A stretch of DNA of 50,969 nt, taken from the NCBI GenBank assembly GCA_049315845.1, contig JBMOJJ010000001.1:1-50969 (forward strand). The letters are read 5' to 3'. The position numbers were made by a program, and so were the translations under genes. This DNA is from Rhodoferax sp. (GTDB lineage: Bacteria; Pseudomonadota; Gammaproteobacteria; Burkholderiales; Burkholderiaceae_C). Numbering within the stretch: position 1 is the stretch's first letter; every line of letters begins with the position of its first letter. This document shows, piece by piece, positions 19,292 to 29,302 of the stretch. The notes under the pieces were generated by a model that searched no databases, had not been told where the DNA came from, and saw only the letters and a list, made by a program, of their open reading frames with translations.

Positions 19292-20773
19292 TCAGAGCAG
19301 CCAGTCGATCGGCAAGACCGACAGCAGGTTGACTTTGGCGCGCAGCAACCAGCTCGCTTCCGGCTCGGTGCCGTGACGGACCGCGCCGGCCGCGGTTCGC
19401 TCCGTCCATTCCAGCTTGCTGCCCTCCGGCACCAGACGGGCCTCATAGGCGATCATGGGCACGTCGTCCTCAAAAAACGCCGCCAACTGCTGCGCAAGCG
19501 CCGGGCTATCGATCACCAGGCCCATTTCGGTGTTTATCTTTGCCGAGCGCTGGTCCATGTTGAACGATCCGACAAAGATGCGGCTGCGGTCGACCGCAAA
19601 AGTCTTCGCATGCAGGCCGGTCGAAGAACTTCGCCCCAACCTGAATTTTTCACGCGCCTGCGCTACCGCGTTCGGCTTCATCTCATAGAGCTGAACGCCA
19701 ACCGTCAGAAGATCATGGCGATGCTTGGCGTAACCCGCATGAACGGCACTCTCATCGGATGCCGCCAGTGAGTTGGTGAGGATGCGCACCTTCACACCGC
19801 TTCTCGCCAGCCCCACCAGGGCCAGAGTGCCCTCGTCTCCCGGCACGAAGTACGGTGAGATGAGCTCGAACGTCTTCTCGGCACGGCCCATCGTGTGCAT
19901 CAGCGCCGGGAACAGCAGCACATCGGTGCGGGCCGTGGTGTCCAGCGGCGTGGTCAGAGTCGCATCGATGTAATCGACCGAGTCCGGGTCGGCGCGCGTC
20001 TGGCTGAACCTGCTCTTGAGACTGGCGACGCCATCGGCGGCAGGCAGGCCGACCAGGCTTGCGGCCGGATAGGCTGACGGACTGTTCCAGTAAAGATCGA
20101 ACTCGCTGGAGACATCGCGCACTGCGGCGCCGACAGCGACAACATCCAGATCGGCGAATACGACGCCCTTGCCGACTCCGAAGTACTCGTTGCCGATGTT
20201 GCGCCCGCCGACGACGCTGACCTGGTTGTCGGCCGTGAACGACTTGTTGTGCATGCGATGGTTCAAGCGCGTGAAGTCGGTCAGAAAATTGAGCGCGCGG
20301 CTGCTGCGGGAGGCGATCGGGTTGTACAGGCGCACCTCCATGTTCGGATGCGCAGTCAGCGTGGCTATCATCGGGTCGAGTCCGCTGGTGTTCATGTCAT
20401 CGAGCAGCAGGCGAACGCGCACACCGCGCTCGGCGGCCTGCCAGAGCGCCTCGAACAGAAGCAGGCCGACCTGGTCGGCATGCCAGATGTAGTATTGCAC
20501 GTCGAGTGATTTTTCCGCCGCGGCGGCGAGCACCGCTCGCGCGGCGAAGGCGTCATGCGGATTGACAAGCGTATGAATTCCGGTCTTGCCCGGATGTGCG
20601 GCCACACCCTGGGCGAGCGCAAGGCCAAGCCAGGTTTGCGAACTGTCCGCCAGAGCCACGCTGACGCTTCGCCCCTCCAGCGCAGGCAGGCTGGCACAAG
20701 CTGTCAGCAGCGACATGACCGCAAGCAGCGTTGCGATCAGCATTCCGCTTGAGCGCCCGAAAGGTGAATTCAT
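19292..20773 (-). CDS. Phospholipase D family protein (ClsC/YmdC-like cardiolipin synthase), lipoprotein
   Basis: Two HKD motifs (RMHNKSFTAD..GGRN and LHAKTFAVD..GSFN), lipobox LTAC, ISPYFVP and NTEMG. Confidence 0.9.
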   Translation of the reverse strand: MNSPFGRSSGMLIATLLAVMSLLTACASLPALEGRSVSVALADSSQTWLGLALAQGVAAHPGKTGIHTLVNPHDAFAARAVLAAAAEKSLDVQYYIWHADQVGLLLFEALWQAAERGVRVRLLLDDMNTSGLDPMIATLTAHPNMEVRLYNPIASRSSRALNFLTDFTRLNHRMHNKSFTADNQVSVVGGRNIGNEYFGVGKGVVFADLDVVAVGAAVRDVSSEFDLYWNSPSAYPAASLVGLPAADGVASLKSRFSQTRADPDSVDYIDATLTTPLDTTARTDVLLFPALMHTMGRAEKTFELISPYFVPGDEGTLALVGLARSGVKVRILTNSLAASDESAVHAGYAKHRHDLLTVGVQLYEMKPNAVAQAREKFRLGRSSSTGLHAKTFAVDRSRIFVGSFNMDQRSAKINTEMGLVIDSPALAQQLAAFFEDDVPMIAYEARLVPEGSKLEWTERTAAGAVRHGTEPEASWLLRAKVNLLSVLPIDWLL

Positions 20774-20903
20774 GGTTGCCCGTTCAATAGTTTCCGAAAT
20801 GCGCGCGTGCCATCAGGACGCGCCCCTCACCAGCCGTCAAATGATAACCAATGTTGAAACCCGCGGCTGCGCCAGATCATGGTCAATTTGCCCGCGGCGG
20901 GCG

Positions 20904-22262
20904 CTACTGCGGCGCTGACATGCGCGCAAGCCCGCGCGCGATGCGGGCGATCTGCGCCCAGTCACTGGCCACGATGTCCTGGGTATGCGCCAGGTTGTTG
21001 CGCAGCGACTGCAATTCGTTCATCCCCTGCTTGGCCGCCGAGCGCGACGCAAAGGAGAACCGGACCGGAAAGTCCGGGTCGTTCAGCAGGATCACGCTTT
21101 TGTCGCCCAGTTGCAGGCAGTCGATCAGCGCACAGGGTTGCCCAAGGCGACCACGCTCGTCGCGCAGCGCAAGGGCCTTTTGCAGGCGGCCAGAAGACAG
21201 CAGCGGCCGCCACTGTTCGTGCGGAAACAGTTGGGCGATGCGACGCGTCAAAGCCATCTCGATCAGCGTCACAATGCCGAACAGCCACATGCGCACCTGC
21301 GGCTTTTGCATGTCGCCGCGCCCGATGATGCCACCGGGCTCGCCAAAGGCTTCGACCAGACAGACATCCTGGCGGTTCAGCACTTCAATCACGTCGGGCA
21401 GCGGCGCGTCAGCCGCCACCACCTGTCCGGCACGGATCGGGCGCAGGCGCGCGGGCCCGGACGACTCGGACAGGTCCTCGAGCAGCACCAGACCGGCCGG
21501 CCGGCCCTGTTCGCGCAGCAGCGCGGCAGCAACGCCCTGCTCCATCATCGACGCCCTGATCGCATGCTGGGTCATCGAGGCATCGAACGAGAGCACCGGC
21601 TCGGCGATGTCGCCCGCGCTGAAAACCTCGGCGAATCTGCGCGCCGTGCGGGGTCCGTCGGCGCCCGTCAAAAATGCAGGGTTGACGGAGGACTCGGCTG
21701 ACGTTTCAGGGTCGGCTGAATGCTCGGCCAGCGCAACGCCAAGTTTCGCGGCCTCACGCGTCCACAGCGCCCATGCACGGCGGTAGAGATGCGGGTCGCC
21801 CTCACCCAGCACGCCAAGCAAACCTGCCATTTCGCGCAGATAGGTCCGACCAAAGCGCGGGTCGTGGCGGCAGATGTCGCGGCAGTTGTCCATCAGGTCG
21901 GCCAACTTGATGGTCTTGGCCGCCGGCGTTGCGGCCTGCAGGTGCCTGCGGTCGATCGCCTTGCGCGCGACACGGTTGCCGTCGCCGGGTCGGCTGACGT
22001 CCGTCAGGTCGCTGACCAGCGCCGCCACGCGCTCGCCGAATTCGCGACGGATGTCGCCGAGCGTGACCTCGGTATCCTCCACCAGATCGTGCAGCCAGGC
22101 CGCAGCGCAGACCTCCGGGTCATCAGTCACGCTGCCGACCTCGTGCACCACACCCTTGAGGTGCACCTCGTAGGGCTGCTTGCTGTACTTTCGGCGGTGG
22201 TCAATGTGCCGATGGGCCTGCGTTGCGAAGGCGCTGGCGCGCGTGACGAGATCTTGGGTCAT
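20904..22262 (-). CDS. SpoT/Mesh1-type HD hydrolase fused to a CBS pair and a C-terminal HEPN-like domain
   Basis: AH..HRRKYSKQPYEVH, AAWLHDLVEDT, FGERVA.LV..LTD and IKLADLMDN (alarmone-hydrolase motifs); GLV...DL and GII.RGD CBS-type repeats; IEMAL...LRNNLAH (E...RxxxxH). Start moved to ATG 22262. Confidence 0.85.
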   Translation of the reverse strand: MTQDLVTRASAFATQAHRHIDHRRKYSKQPYEVHLKGVVHEVGSVTDDPEVCAAAWLHDLVEDTEVTLGDIRREFGERVAALVSDLTDVSRPGDGNRVARKAIDRRHLQAATPAAKTIKLADLMDNCRDICRHDPRFGRTYLREMAGLLGVLGEGDPHLYRRAWALWTREAAKLGVALAEHSADPETSAESSVNPAFLTGADGPRTARRFAEVFSAGDIAEPVLSFDASMTQHAIRASMMEQGVAAALLREQGRPAGLVLLEDLSESSGPARLRPIRAGQVVAADAPLPDVIEVLNRQDVCLVEAFGEPGGIIGRGDMQKPQVRMWLFGIVTLIEMALTRRIAQLFPHEQWRPLLSSGRLQKALALRDERGRLGQPCALIDCLQLGDKSVILLNDPDFPVRFSFASRSAAKQGMNELQSLRNNLAHTQDIVASDWAQIARIARGLARMSAPQ

Positions 22263-22460
22263 GCTGGAACGAATGGTAGTGCTGCGATGTGCGGCAAGCA
22301 TGCCATATTCCTGCGCCTGCCGTCTTCCGCGAGTCGCTTCGCCACCGAAATCAAGCCCACGCCAGCGGATGCAACACCCGGTCGGCCTGGCCGACGGGCC
22401 GCGATAAAATCCGGCCTCAGGCCGCCGTGTTGCCCGGCCTGACCTCAAGAAGGAAACCCA

Positions 22461-22817
22461 GTGAAGATCATCCACCTCACGCTTGCGATCGCTGCTTTGC
22501 TCCCGTTCGCCGAGGCGCCAGCGGCCACGATGGGCTACCTGAAGGACAGCCCGATGGGAAAGTTCAACGAAGAAGACTTTTCGCTGTTTCAGCAAGCGTC
22601 GAAAAAGGCGCTGAATGAGGCCGTCGACGGCGAGACCGTCGACTGGAAGAACACGTCGACCGGAAGTTCGGGATCGATTTCGCCGCTCAAGAGCTTCGAG
22701 CGGGGCGGACTGAAGTGCCGCAGCGTGCGGGTCAGGAATCAGCACAAATCGCTGCGCGGCAACCAGACCTCCAACATGTGCCTGCAGGCCGACGGCGACT
22801 GGAAGATCGCCAAGTAG
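22461..22817 (+). CDS. Exported RT0821/Lpp0805 (17-kDa surface antigen-like) protein
   Basis: GAAGGA RBS, GTG start, signal peptide, W.N..TG.SG.I.P, CR and C...DG.W pattern. Confidence 0.8.
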   Translation: MKIIHLTLAIAALLPFAEAPAATMGYLKDSPMGKFNEEDFSLFQQASKKALNEAVDGETVDWKNTSTGSSGSISPLKSFERGGLKCRSVRVRNQHKSLRGNQTSNMCLQADGDWKIAK

Positions 22818-22843
22818 TCGCTCTCGCGCTCAGACCGATCCGA

Positions 22844-23851
22844 CTACCGGGCCGAAGGATCTTCCAGTGATGACGATGTTGCCGACCTGACCGGCAGATT
22901 CCGGCCAAGAAACTCGAAACTGTCGCGCCAGCATTGAAGCGCCTGCGCACGCCAGAACATGACATGAAAGGCGTGGGTCTCACCCGGGTAATAGTGGGCG
23001 CTGAAGGGCGCTTGCAGCCGCTGCAAGGCGCGCTCAAGCCGCTGAGAATCAGCTGCGACCGGATCATCAAGTCCGGCCGCAATGAAAAGACGGGGCAACT
23101 CTGGCAACTCCGCCATCGCTTCGACCACGCACAGCGGGTCCGCCAGCGCATGCCGGGCAGCCGGGTGGCTGGCGTATTCTCCGAGATAGGAACGGGCGGC
23201 GTCGGTCGCAATGCCGGCGGCCATTGAAGACACGCCAGCGCGGCGATATCGTTCCGGCCGACTGCTTTGCAGAAAGCCGCAATACAGCAATGCGGCGATC
23301 GGGCGCAGGCCGCGCGCGAACAGCGGCGCTGCAAACGGTTCTGGCCGCAGCGTGCAGCAGGCCAGGGCGACCGCGAGCGCCAGATTGGCGCCGGCGGATT
23401 CGCCGGCCAGACCCATGCGCCGAGGATCACCGCCATACTCGCTGACATGGTCGGTCGCCCACAGCCAGGCTGCGCAAGCATCCTCAAGGGCGGCTGGAAA
23501 CGGATGTTTGGGTGCCAGCCGGTAGTCGAGATTGCAAACCAGGTAACCCTGCGCGGCATAGGCGGCAGCGAGCGCGCGGTGGGTGCGCCTGGAGCCGATC
23601 GCAAAACCGCCGCCATGCAGGTAGATCAAGACCGGATGGGGCCCGGGCCCGGCCGGTCGCAGAATGTCAAGCAGCAGGGGCTCGCCGCCATGGCGGGCGT
23701 ATTCGATCTCTTCGAGCAGGCTGCAGGCGGCCATGCGCTGTCTCATTCGAGGCATCAGGTCAACCATGCCGGCCAGCGCGTGCATGCCGGCGTCCAGGAC
23801 AATGCGGCGCGCCAGTTGTCCCGAGGCAAGCATATCGAGCCAGCGGCGCAT
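22844..23851 (-). CDS. Alpha/beta hydrolase (HSL-family esterase/lipase)
   Basis: HGGGF, YRLAP.HPFPAA.ED, GESAG nucleophile, DP and HAF catalytic residues. Confidence 0.92.
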   Translation of the reverse strand: MRRWLDMLASGQLARRIVLDAGMHALAGMVDLMPRMRQRMAACSLLEEIEYARHGGEPLLLDILRPAGPGPHPVLIYLHGGGFAIGSRRTHRALAAAYAAQGYLVCNLDYRLAPKHPFPAALEDACAAWLWATDHVSEYGGDPRRMGLAGESAGANLALAVALACCTLRPEPFAAPLFARGLRPIAALLYCGFLQSSRPERYRRAGVSSMAAGIATDAARSYLGEYASHPAARHALADPLCVVEAMAELPELPRLFIAAGLDDPVAADSQRLERALQRLQAPFSAHYYPGETHAFHVMFWRAQALQCWRDSFEFLGRNLPVRSATSSSLEDPSAR

Positions 23852-23875
23852 GTGTTCTGCGAGCAGTCGGTTCCG

Positions 23876-24559
23876 TCAGGGAGGGCTCAGCCGGGAGATG
23901 TAGTCCGAGACAGCCTCCAGGTCTTCGTCGCGGTAGGACTTGATGACCTTGACCATGGCCGGATTCGCATTGCCCCGCTTTTCATCCCTGATCAGCGCGC
24001 CCTCGCGCAGCAAATACCCGTAGTGCTGCCCTGCAACCAAGGGAATGAATTTCTGCGCATTGCCCTGGCCAGCGTCGCCATGGCAGACTGCGCAGTCCCT
24101 GCCAAAAAGCTCCTTGCCGCGACCCAGAGCAGTGCCGGCGCCCTGGCCGCCTTGTTGCCCCTGCAGGGGCAAGTCCTGTAAATAGGCGGCGACATCCGCG
24201 ATTTCCTGCGTTGTCAGCACATGCTCGTCGGCGAACGGGGCCATCTTGAGATTGATTCGCCGGCCCGAACGAATGTCGGTGATCTGCTCGATCAGCACGC
24301 TGGCGTGCTGGCCGGCCAGGCGAGGATAGGCGCCGCTGGGGCTGCCGATGGCGCCGTGCCTGTGGCACCCTTGGCAAGCCTGAAAGGCCTCGGCGCCGCG
24401 CCCCGCATCGCCCTTGAGTTGGAGCGCCTGCAACTTCTCGCCGGTCATTTCATTCCAGACCAGGCCCGCCTTCTGCCCGTTTCCGGGGACCTGACCCTGG
24501 ACCTGCAGCGCAATCGCCCAGAAAATTAGAAAAACTGCGATCTTGACCAATGGGTTCAC
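23876..24559 (-). CDS. Di-heme cytochrome c4-type
   Basis: Signal peptide, CQGCH and CAVCH heme motifs, YPRLAGQH, distal Met ligands; GAGAGG RBS before GTG 24559. Confidence 0.9.
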   Translation of the reverse strand: MNPLVKIAVFLIFWAIALQVQGQVPGNGQKAGLVWNEMTGEKLQALQLKGDAGRGAEAFQACQGCHRHGAIGSPSGAYPRLAGQHASVLIEQITDIRSGRRINLKMAPFADEHVLTTQEIADVAAYLQDLPLQGQQGGQGAGTALGRGKELFGRDCAVCHGDAGQGNAQKFIPLVAGQHYGYLLREGALIRDEKRGNANPAMVKVIKSYRDEDLEAVSDYISRLSPP

Positions 24560-24588
24560 GATGTTTCCTCTCTCGCTAGCGAGCACAG

Positions 24589-25200
24589 TTACTTTGCGCT
24601 GATGTATTCAGCCACCGCCCTGATGTCGTTCTCGGTCATGCGCTTGGTGACCGTGCGCATGAAACGGGCCCCAGGATTGGTGTGCAGATCGTTCCTGAAC
24701 TTCATCATCTGCTCGACCAGATATTCCCGATGCTGACCCGCCAGACGCGGGAAGCGCTTGGTCCCTGAACCGTCCGGCTCATGGCAGCCGGCACAGGCCG
24801 GCAGACCGCGCTCCTCATCGCCGTCCTGAAAAATTTTCTCCCCCAGGGCCGCCGCAGCCGGATCGTTGATCTTCTCGGAACTCGGCTTCTGCCTTGAAAA
24901 ATAGAGCGCTATGGCCTTCAGATCGGACGAATCGAGCGTCGGCACAATAGCTCCCATGACGTCACTCTTGCGTGCTCCCGACATGAAGTCCTTCAACTCC
25001 CGCAGCAGATATTCCTGATGGCGACCCGCCAATTTCGGAATGCTCGGAATCACACTGTTTCCGTCCATCCCGTGACAGCCGGAACAAACTTGCGCAATCA
25101 CGGGCGGAACTTTCTCAGCCTCATCTGCGATCGCAGACCCGCAAAGCAACAAACCCGCCGTCAGCGTTCGACAACAAAAGGCTTGAACAGTGACTACCAT
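24589..25200 (-). CDS. Di-heme cytochrome c4-type
   Basis: Signal peptide, CSGCH and CAGCH, PKLAG / FPRLAGQH. Confidence 0.92.
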   Translation of the reverse strand: MVVTVQAFCCRTLTAGLLLCGSAIADEAEKVPPVIAQVCSGCHGMDGNSVIPSIPKLAGRHQEYLLRELKDFMSGARKSDVMGAIVPTLDSSDLKAIALYFSRQKPSSEKINDPAAAALGEKIFQDGDEERGLPACAGCHEPDGSGTKRFPRLAGQHREYLVEQMMKFRNDLHTNPGARFMRTVTKRMTENDIRAVAEYISAK

Positions 25201-25438
25201 GGCTTTGATCCCAAATAATCAGCACAGAGACGACTCGACCGATGCGATGCTAGTTCAAAAAGCAATCGGACACAAATCAGAATCGGCCTGGCTGGCGGCC
25301 GGATGCCAGGACCACGCCGCGGGATGACCGACAGCCCCGGCCCGCAGCAGGGGTGCGAGAATGCAAGTGGAAAATTCGTTGTTGCGGTCGATGCGGCGTG
25401 GCTTGAGCCGGTTGCGTTGTCCATCCCCTGATCGGCTC

Positions 25439-27103
25439 ATGAAATCTTTCTTCAAGAAGTTGCACTGCGGCGTTCTGGCGCTGATCGTTCTGATCGGATG
25501 CGCGGGTTCGAGCCCGCCGGACACGGTGCGCGCCGCGCCACCCGCAGGCAGACCCCGGCTGATTGCCTTGATCGTGATCGACGGACTGCCTCAGAGGCAA
25601 CTTGACGCCTACCGCGACCAGTTGGGTCCGGACGGATTTTCCCGCTTCATGGATCATGGCGTCTGGTTCACCAATGCGCACTTCGACCACGCCTACACGG
25701 TGACTGCGACGGGCCATGCGGTACTGCTCAGCGGTGCGAACCCGAACCGAACCGGCATCATTGGCAACCAGTGGCGCAACGCGGAGACAGGCGAACCGGT
25801 GTATTGCACGTCGGACCGCTCGGCGACCTACATTGGTCACCCGACCAAGCCGCTTGACGGCACCAGCCCGCGCAATCTGCTGGCGGAATCGCTGGGTGAC
25901 GCGCTGCGCCGCTCCGATCCGCGCTCCAGGGTGATCGCGATCTCGGGCAAGGACCGCGGTGCCATACTGCCGGCCGGCAAGGCGGGAACAGCCTATATTT
26001 ACATGGCCGGCAGCGGCCAGTTTGCCTCCAGCACCTACTATATGCGCGTGCATCCGTCCTGGGTAGACCGGTTCAACGCAGACCGCCCGGCTGACCGCTA
26101 CTTCAAGGCCTCCTGGACCGCGCTGCTGCCAAATTCCGCCTACCAGCGCGGGCTTGCAGGTGATCCGGCATCGCCGGGCAACGGCGCCGGCTTGCCCATC
26201 ACCTATGGGGCGCCGCAGGACCAGGCGCCGGGCGCACGCTTTTATGACTCCTTGCTGACGGGACCGTTCGCCGATGCGCTGACACTTGATTTTGCGCGCG
26301 CCGCAGTGGCCGGCGAGAGACTGGGTCTGGGCGATGCTCCGGACATTCTGGTGATCAGCCTGTCCGGACATGACTACGTCAACCACACCTTCGGCGCCGA
26401 GTCCGGTCAATCTCAGGATCACACTTTGCAGACCGATCGTCTGCTGCAGGCTTTTTTCAGGGATCTCGATACGGCCGTGGGGCGCGGCAACTACATCGCG
26501 GCACTGACCTCTGACCACGGATTCATGCCGACGCCGGAGTACAGCCGCCGTCTGGGTCGTGATGCGGGCCGGATTGCCTCGACTCCGATGCTGGCAAGGA
26601 TCAACGCCGGCCTGGAGCAGCGCTTCGGAAACGGAAAATGGGTCATCGGACTGTCCGGCGCCACGCTGGCACTGGACCGGGCCCTGATCATGCGACAGAA
26701 TGTGGACCGAAAGGCCGTCGCGATGCAGGCGCGAGCCCTTCTGCTGGCCGAACCCGGCATCGCTGCCGCGTACACGGATGATGAATTGCGCGATGGACTG
26801 CGCGCCTCGGAGCCTCTGTTCGAGTCAATGCGCAAATCGTGGCACGAGCGCGTGTCGGGAGATGTGCAGTTTGCCCTGAAACCGAACTGGATGTTTGGCC
26901 TTGGCAACAACGCGACCCATGGGTCTGCGCACGACTACGACACCCATGTGCCCCTGATGCTTTGGGGTCCGCGCTGGATCGGCGCTGCCGCCCGCTCAGG
27001 CAGGGTTGGCATCGTCGATCTGGCGCCCACGCTGGCACAATTGCTCCAGATCGCTGCGCCTGCGCAATCGGACGGAAAACTACTGCCGCTGGTTGCGCCT
27101 TGA
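25439..27103 (+). CDS. Alkaline phosphatase superfamily, PafA/PhoK-like phosphomonoesterase
   Basis: VIDG, Thr nucleophile TVTATGHA, GIIGNQW, SGKDRGAI, DYVNH.FG, TSDHG and HGS...YDTHVP; lipobox-like LIGC. Confidence 0.88.
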   Translation: MKSFFKKLHCGVLALIVLIGCAGSSPPDTVRAAPPAGRPRLIALIVIDGLPQRQLDAYRDQLGPDGFSRFMDHGVWFTNAHFDHAYTVTATGHAVLLSGANPNRTGIIGNQWRNAETGEPVYCTSDRSATYIGHPTKPLDGTSPRNLLAESLGDALRRSDPRSRVIAISGKDRGAILPAGKAGTAYIYMAGSGQFASSTYYMRVHPSWVDRFNADRPADRYFKASWTALLPNSAYQRGLAGDPASPGNGAGLPITYGAPQDQAPGARFYDSLLTGPFADALTLDFARAAVAGERLGLGDAPDILVISLSGHDYVNHTFGAESGQSQDHTLQTDRLLQAFFRDLDTAVGRGNYIAALTSDHGFMPTPEYSRRLGRDAGRIASTPMLARINAGLEQRFGNGKWVIGLSGATLALDRALIMRQNVDRKAVAMQARALLLAEPGIAAAYTDDELRDGLRASEPLFESMRKSWHERVSGDVQFALKPNWMFGLGNNATHGSAHDYDTHVPLMLWGPRWIGAAARSGRVGIVDLAPTLAQLLQIAAPAQSDGKLLPLVAP

Positions 27104-27125
27104 CGCTGGCGAATTTTGAAACCGA

Positions 27126-28988
27126 TCAGGCAGGCAATTTGCTTGTCTGAAATTGCACAAGGTCGCTAAAGCACCGCTCGAACTCCTGTATCACACGCGG
27201 ATCCTCATAAAGGCAGGGGCAATGTTCGAGAATTCTCTCTGCGAGTCCTGCGCGCAAAGCAGAATTGTTTGCAACCGTGACTGCAATGTCTATATACGAC
27301 TGGGGACTTGTCGCAATGCATTCGGTGAGCCCCATTTTTCGATACATGGCCTGCGTGTGCCTGCCTCTCTGAAATTCACCCGGCAAGGTCACGACCGGGG
27401 TACCGACCGAGAATGCTTCAAGAGATGTATTCATGCCGTTGAAATGAACTGTGTCGAGCATGACATCCGCCAGGGCAATGAGGGTCAAATAATCCGCACT
27501 GGCCATGCGCGGCAGGAAGACGATTTGGCTTGCCACATCCGGCATGCAGTCGTTCCAGCGCCTTTGCAGCAGTTCAGTCCAGTGCCCGATTTTTCCCGAG
27601 ACCATTAACAACTTGCCTCTTGGATCCCGACGGAGTATGCCGCCAAGCAGTTCATCCATGTCGGGATGAACTTTGAACAGGTTTTGCGGACAAAGATAGA
27701 TTCGATCTTCATCGGACAGGCCGAAATCTGCCCGGGTCTTGGGTTTCTTCGGAAGAACGGGTCGGTAGTAGTAAGCCAAGGTCCCCAGATCATTCAGCAG
27801 ATAGAGGTTTTCGCTGTAATGACTCGATGCCTCCGGCTTTTCATAAAGATCATTGGAGATGAAGTAGTCTATGGTTGAAATACCGGTTGTGTCGGGGTGG
27901 CCAAATGACACGCATTGCACCGGAGCCAGTCTCGAGTACGCCAGAAAGTAGCCAAAAGGCTCCATCCCAATGTCCTGGTAGAAGAGAACATCCAGTCGTT
28001 GAGCCGCAATCAGCGCCCGGGCTGCTGTCAGATCCTGCGGCACGGTGATGCTTCGGTCCGCATGCTGCCTGATGAAGCTGGAATACTCATCGTCAACGGT
28101 CGGTGCGATGAAGATGGCGGATACCTCAAACCTGTCTTTTGACAGACCAGCAAACAGTCCGCGACTGGTGCGCCCAATGCTGTGGTTGTGGAAGAACTGG
28201 GATATCAGGCCGATTTTGATCTTTCCATCAACGCAACCGGATTTCTTGATGCAGTGTTCAGCCACAAAACTCAGAGAAGGAACAATCCGTCGATACAGTT
28301 GGGCCGTCTTGACCTGCAAGGTTAGGTCGGACATGCCATGATAGGCGAGGTAGAAATTTGTCCACAGCGCCGAGGCCATCGGATCCTCCAGCACCGGTTC
28401 AGTAACGGGTGAACCCAGCATGTCATCCAGAACGCACTCCATCCTCTGACGCTCCGCCCGCATTGCGGCTGACGACGCAATGATGGGCGAAATCAAGGTG
28501 GCGGTTTTAGCGCGCACGCCCAAGCCAGGCTTACACGCCAGGGCTCTGTCATAGGCCTGTGCCGCTTCGGCGGTATCGCCAAGGTATTGCAGTCCCAGTC
28601 CCAAGCTTTCCCAATGTTCAGCGACCTGGGGTTCAAGCCTGCACAGTTCCTGCCATTGCTGGATCGAAGCCTCAATTGCACCCAAAGACTCGAGAACTTG
28701 TGCATAGCGCCTTCGGGTTCGTGGATCATCGGGTTCAAGTTCAAGTGCCTTTGCCAAAATGCTGGCTGCAGCCCTGATCATTCCGATCTCCAGCGCGACC
28801 GATGCCAGCCCTTTCAATGCGTCGACGCGGGCAGGCTCAAGTTGCAGTACCCGTTCAAACCCAAGCTTTGCGTCCTTGAAACGACGCTCCTGAAGAAACT
28901 GCTTCGCCTCGCGAAGAAGCCGCGCCGCCTTCGCATTGCCCTCAGGATGCGGCAAGCCTGCGGCGGCACGACGATTCTTCTCGCCCAT
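27126..28988 (-). CDS. TPR-containing GT41 (SPINDLY/OGT-like) protein glycosyltransferase
   Basis: N-terminal TPR helices; KIKIG..S.FFHNHSIG, LDVLFY.DIGM, RLAPVQ..FGHP.TTG, QNLFK.HP and LDT..FNG.NTSLEA..G.PVVT. Confidence 0.88.
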   Translation of the reverse strand: MGEKNRRAAAGLPHPEGNAKAARLLREAKQFLQERRFKDAKLGFERVLQLEPARVDALKGLASVALEIGMIRAAASILAKALELEPDDPRTRRRYAQVLESLGAIEASIQQWQELCRLEPQVAEHWESLGLGLQYLGDTAEAAQAYDRALACKPGLGVRAKTATLISPIIASSAAMRAERQRMECVLDDMLGSPVTEPVLEDPMASALWTNFYLAYHGMSDLTLQVKTAQLYRRIVPSLSFVAEHCIKKSGCVDGKIKIGLISQFFHNHSIGRTSRGLFAGLSKDRFEVSAIFIAPTVDDEYSSFIRQHADRSITVPQDLTAARALIAAQRLDVLFYQDIGMEPFGYFLAYSRLAPVQCVSFGHPDTTGISTIDYFISNDLYEKPEASSHYSENLYLLNDLGTLAYYYRPVLPKKPKTRADFGLSDEDRIYLCPQNLFKVHPDMDELLGGILRRDPRGKLLMVSGKIGHWTELLQRRWNDCMPDVASQIVFLPRMASADYLTLIALADVMLDTVHFNGMNTSLEAFSVGTPVVTLPGEFQRGRHTQAMYRKMGLTECIATSPQSYIDIAVTVANNSALRAGLAERILEHCPCLYEDPRVIQEFERCFSDLVQFQTSKLPA

Positions 28989-29302
28989 GTTGATAGCCCT
29001 CGTCTTGCAATCGTCAAAGTGTAATAAAACTTCTTCAGGTCGAACTTGGCGCTAGATCGGTAGTGAACCCGGTTCACTGATCAACCGCAAGACCATTGAC
29101 CTGCGACTCGTTGACCCGTCGCTGTGCTTTGCCGGTCACGAAACCGTTGCGGACAATGCCAGCGGCGGACTGGCACCGGTGCAAGTCCAAGTGCCATCAG
29201 ACGCTGACAACAGCGACTGCAGGCGGTATCGCGCGAACGTTCACAAAGGAGCCACCCATCAATACGCGATCGCAGAACTCGCAAAACCGCGAATCCAGTC
29301 GT

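Noticed and set aside
22263-22745. 161-aa N-terminal extension of the HD-CBS-HEPN ORF
   Set aside because: Overlaps the well-formed divergent gene at 22461-22817 and precedes the natural start of the HD domain.
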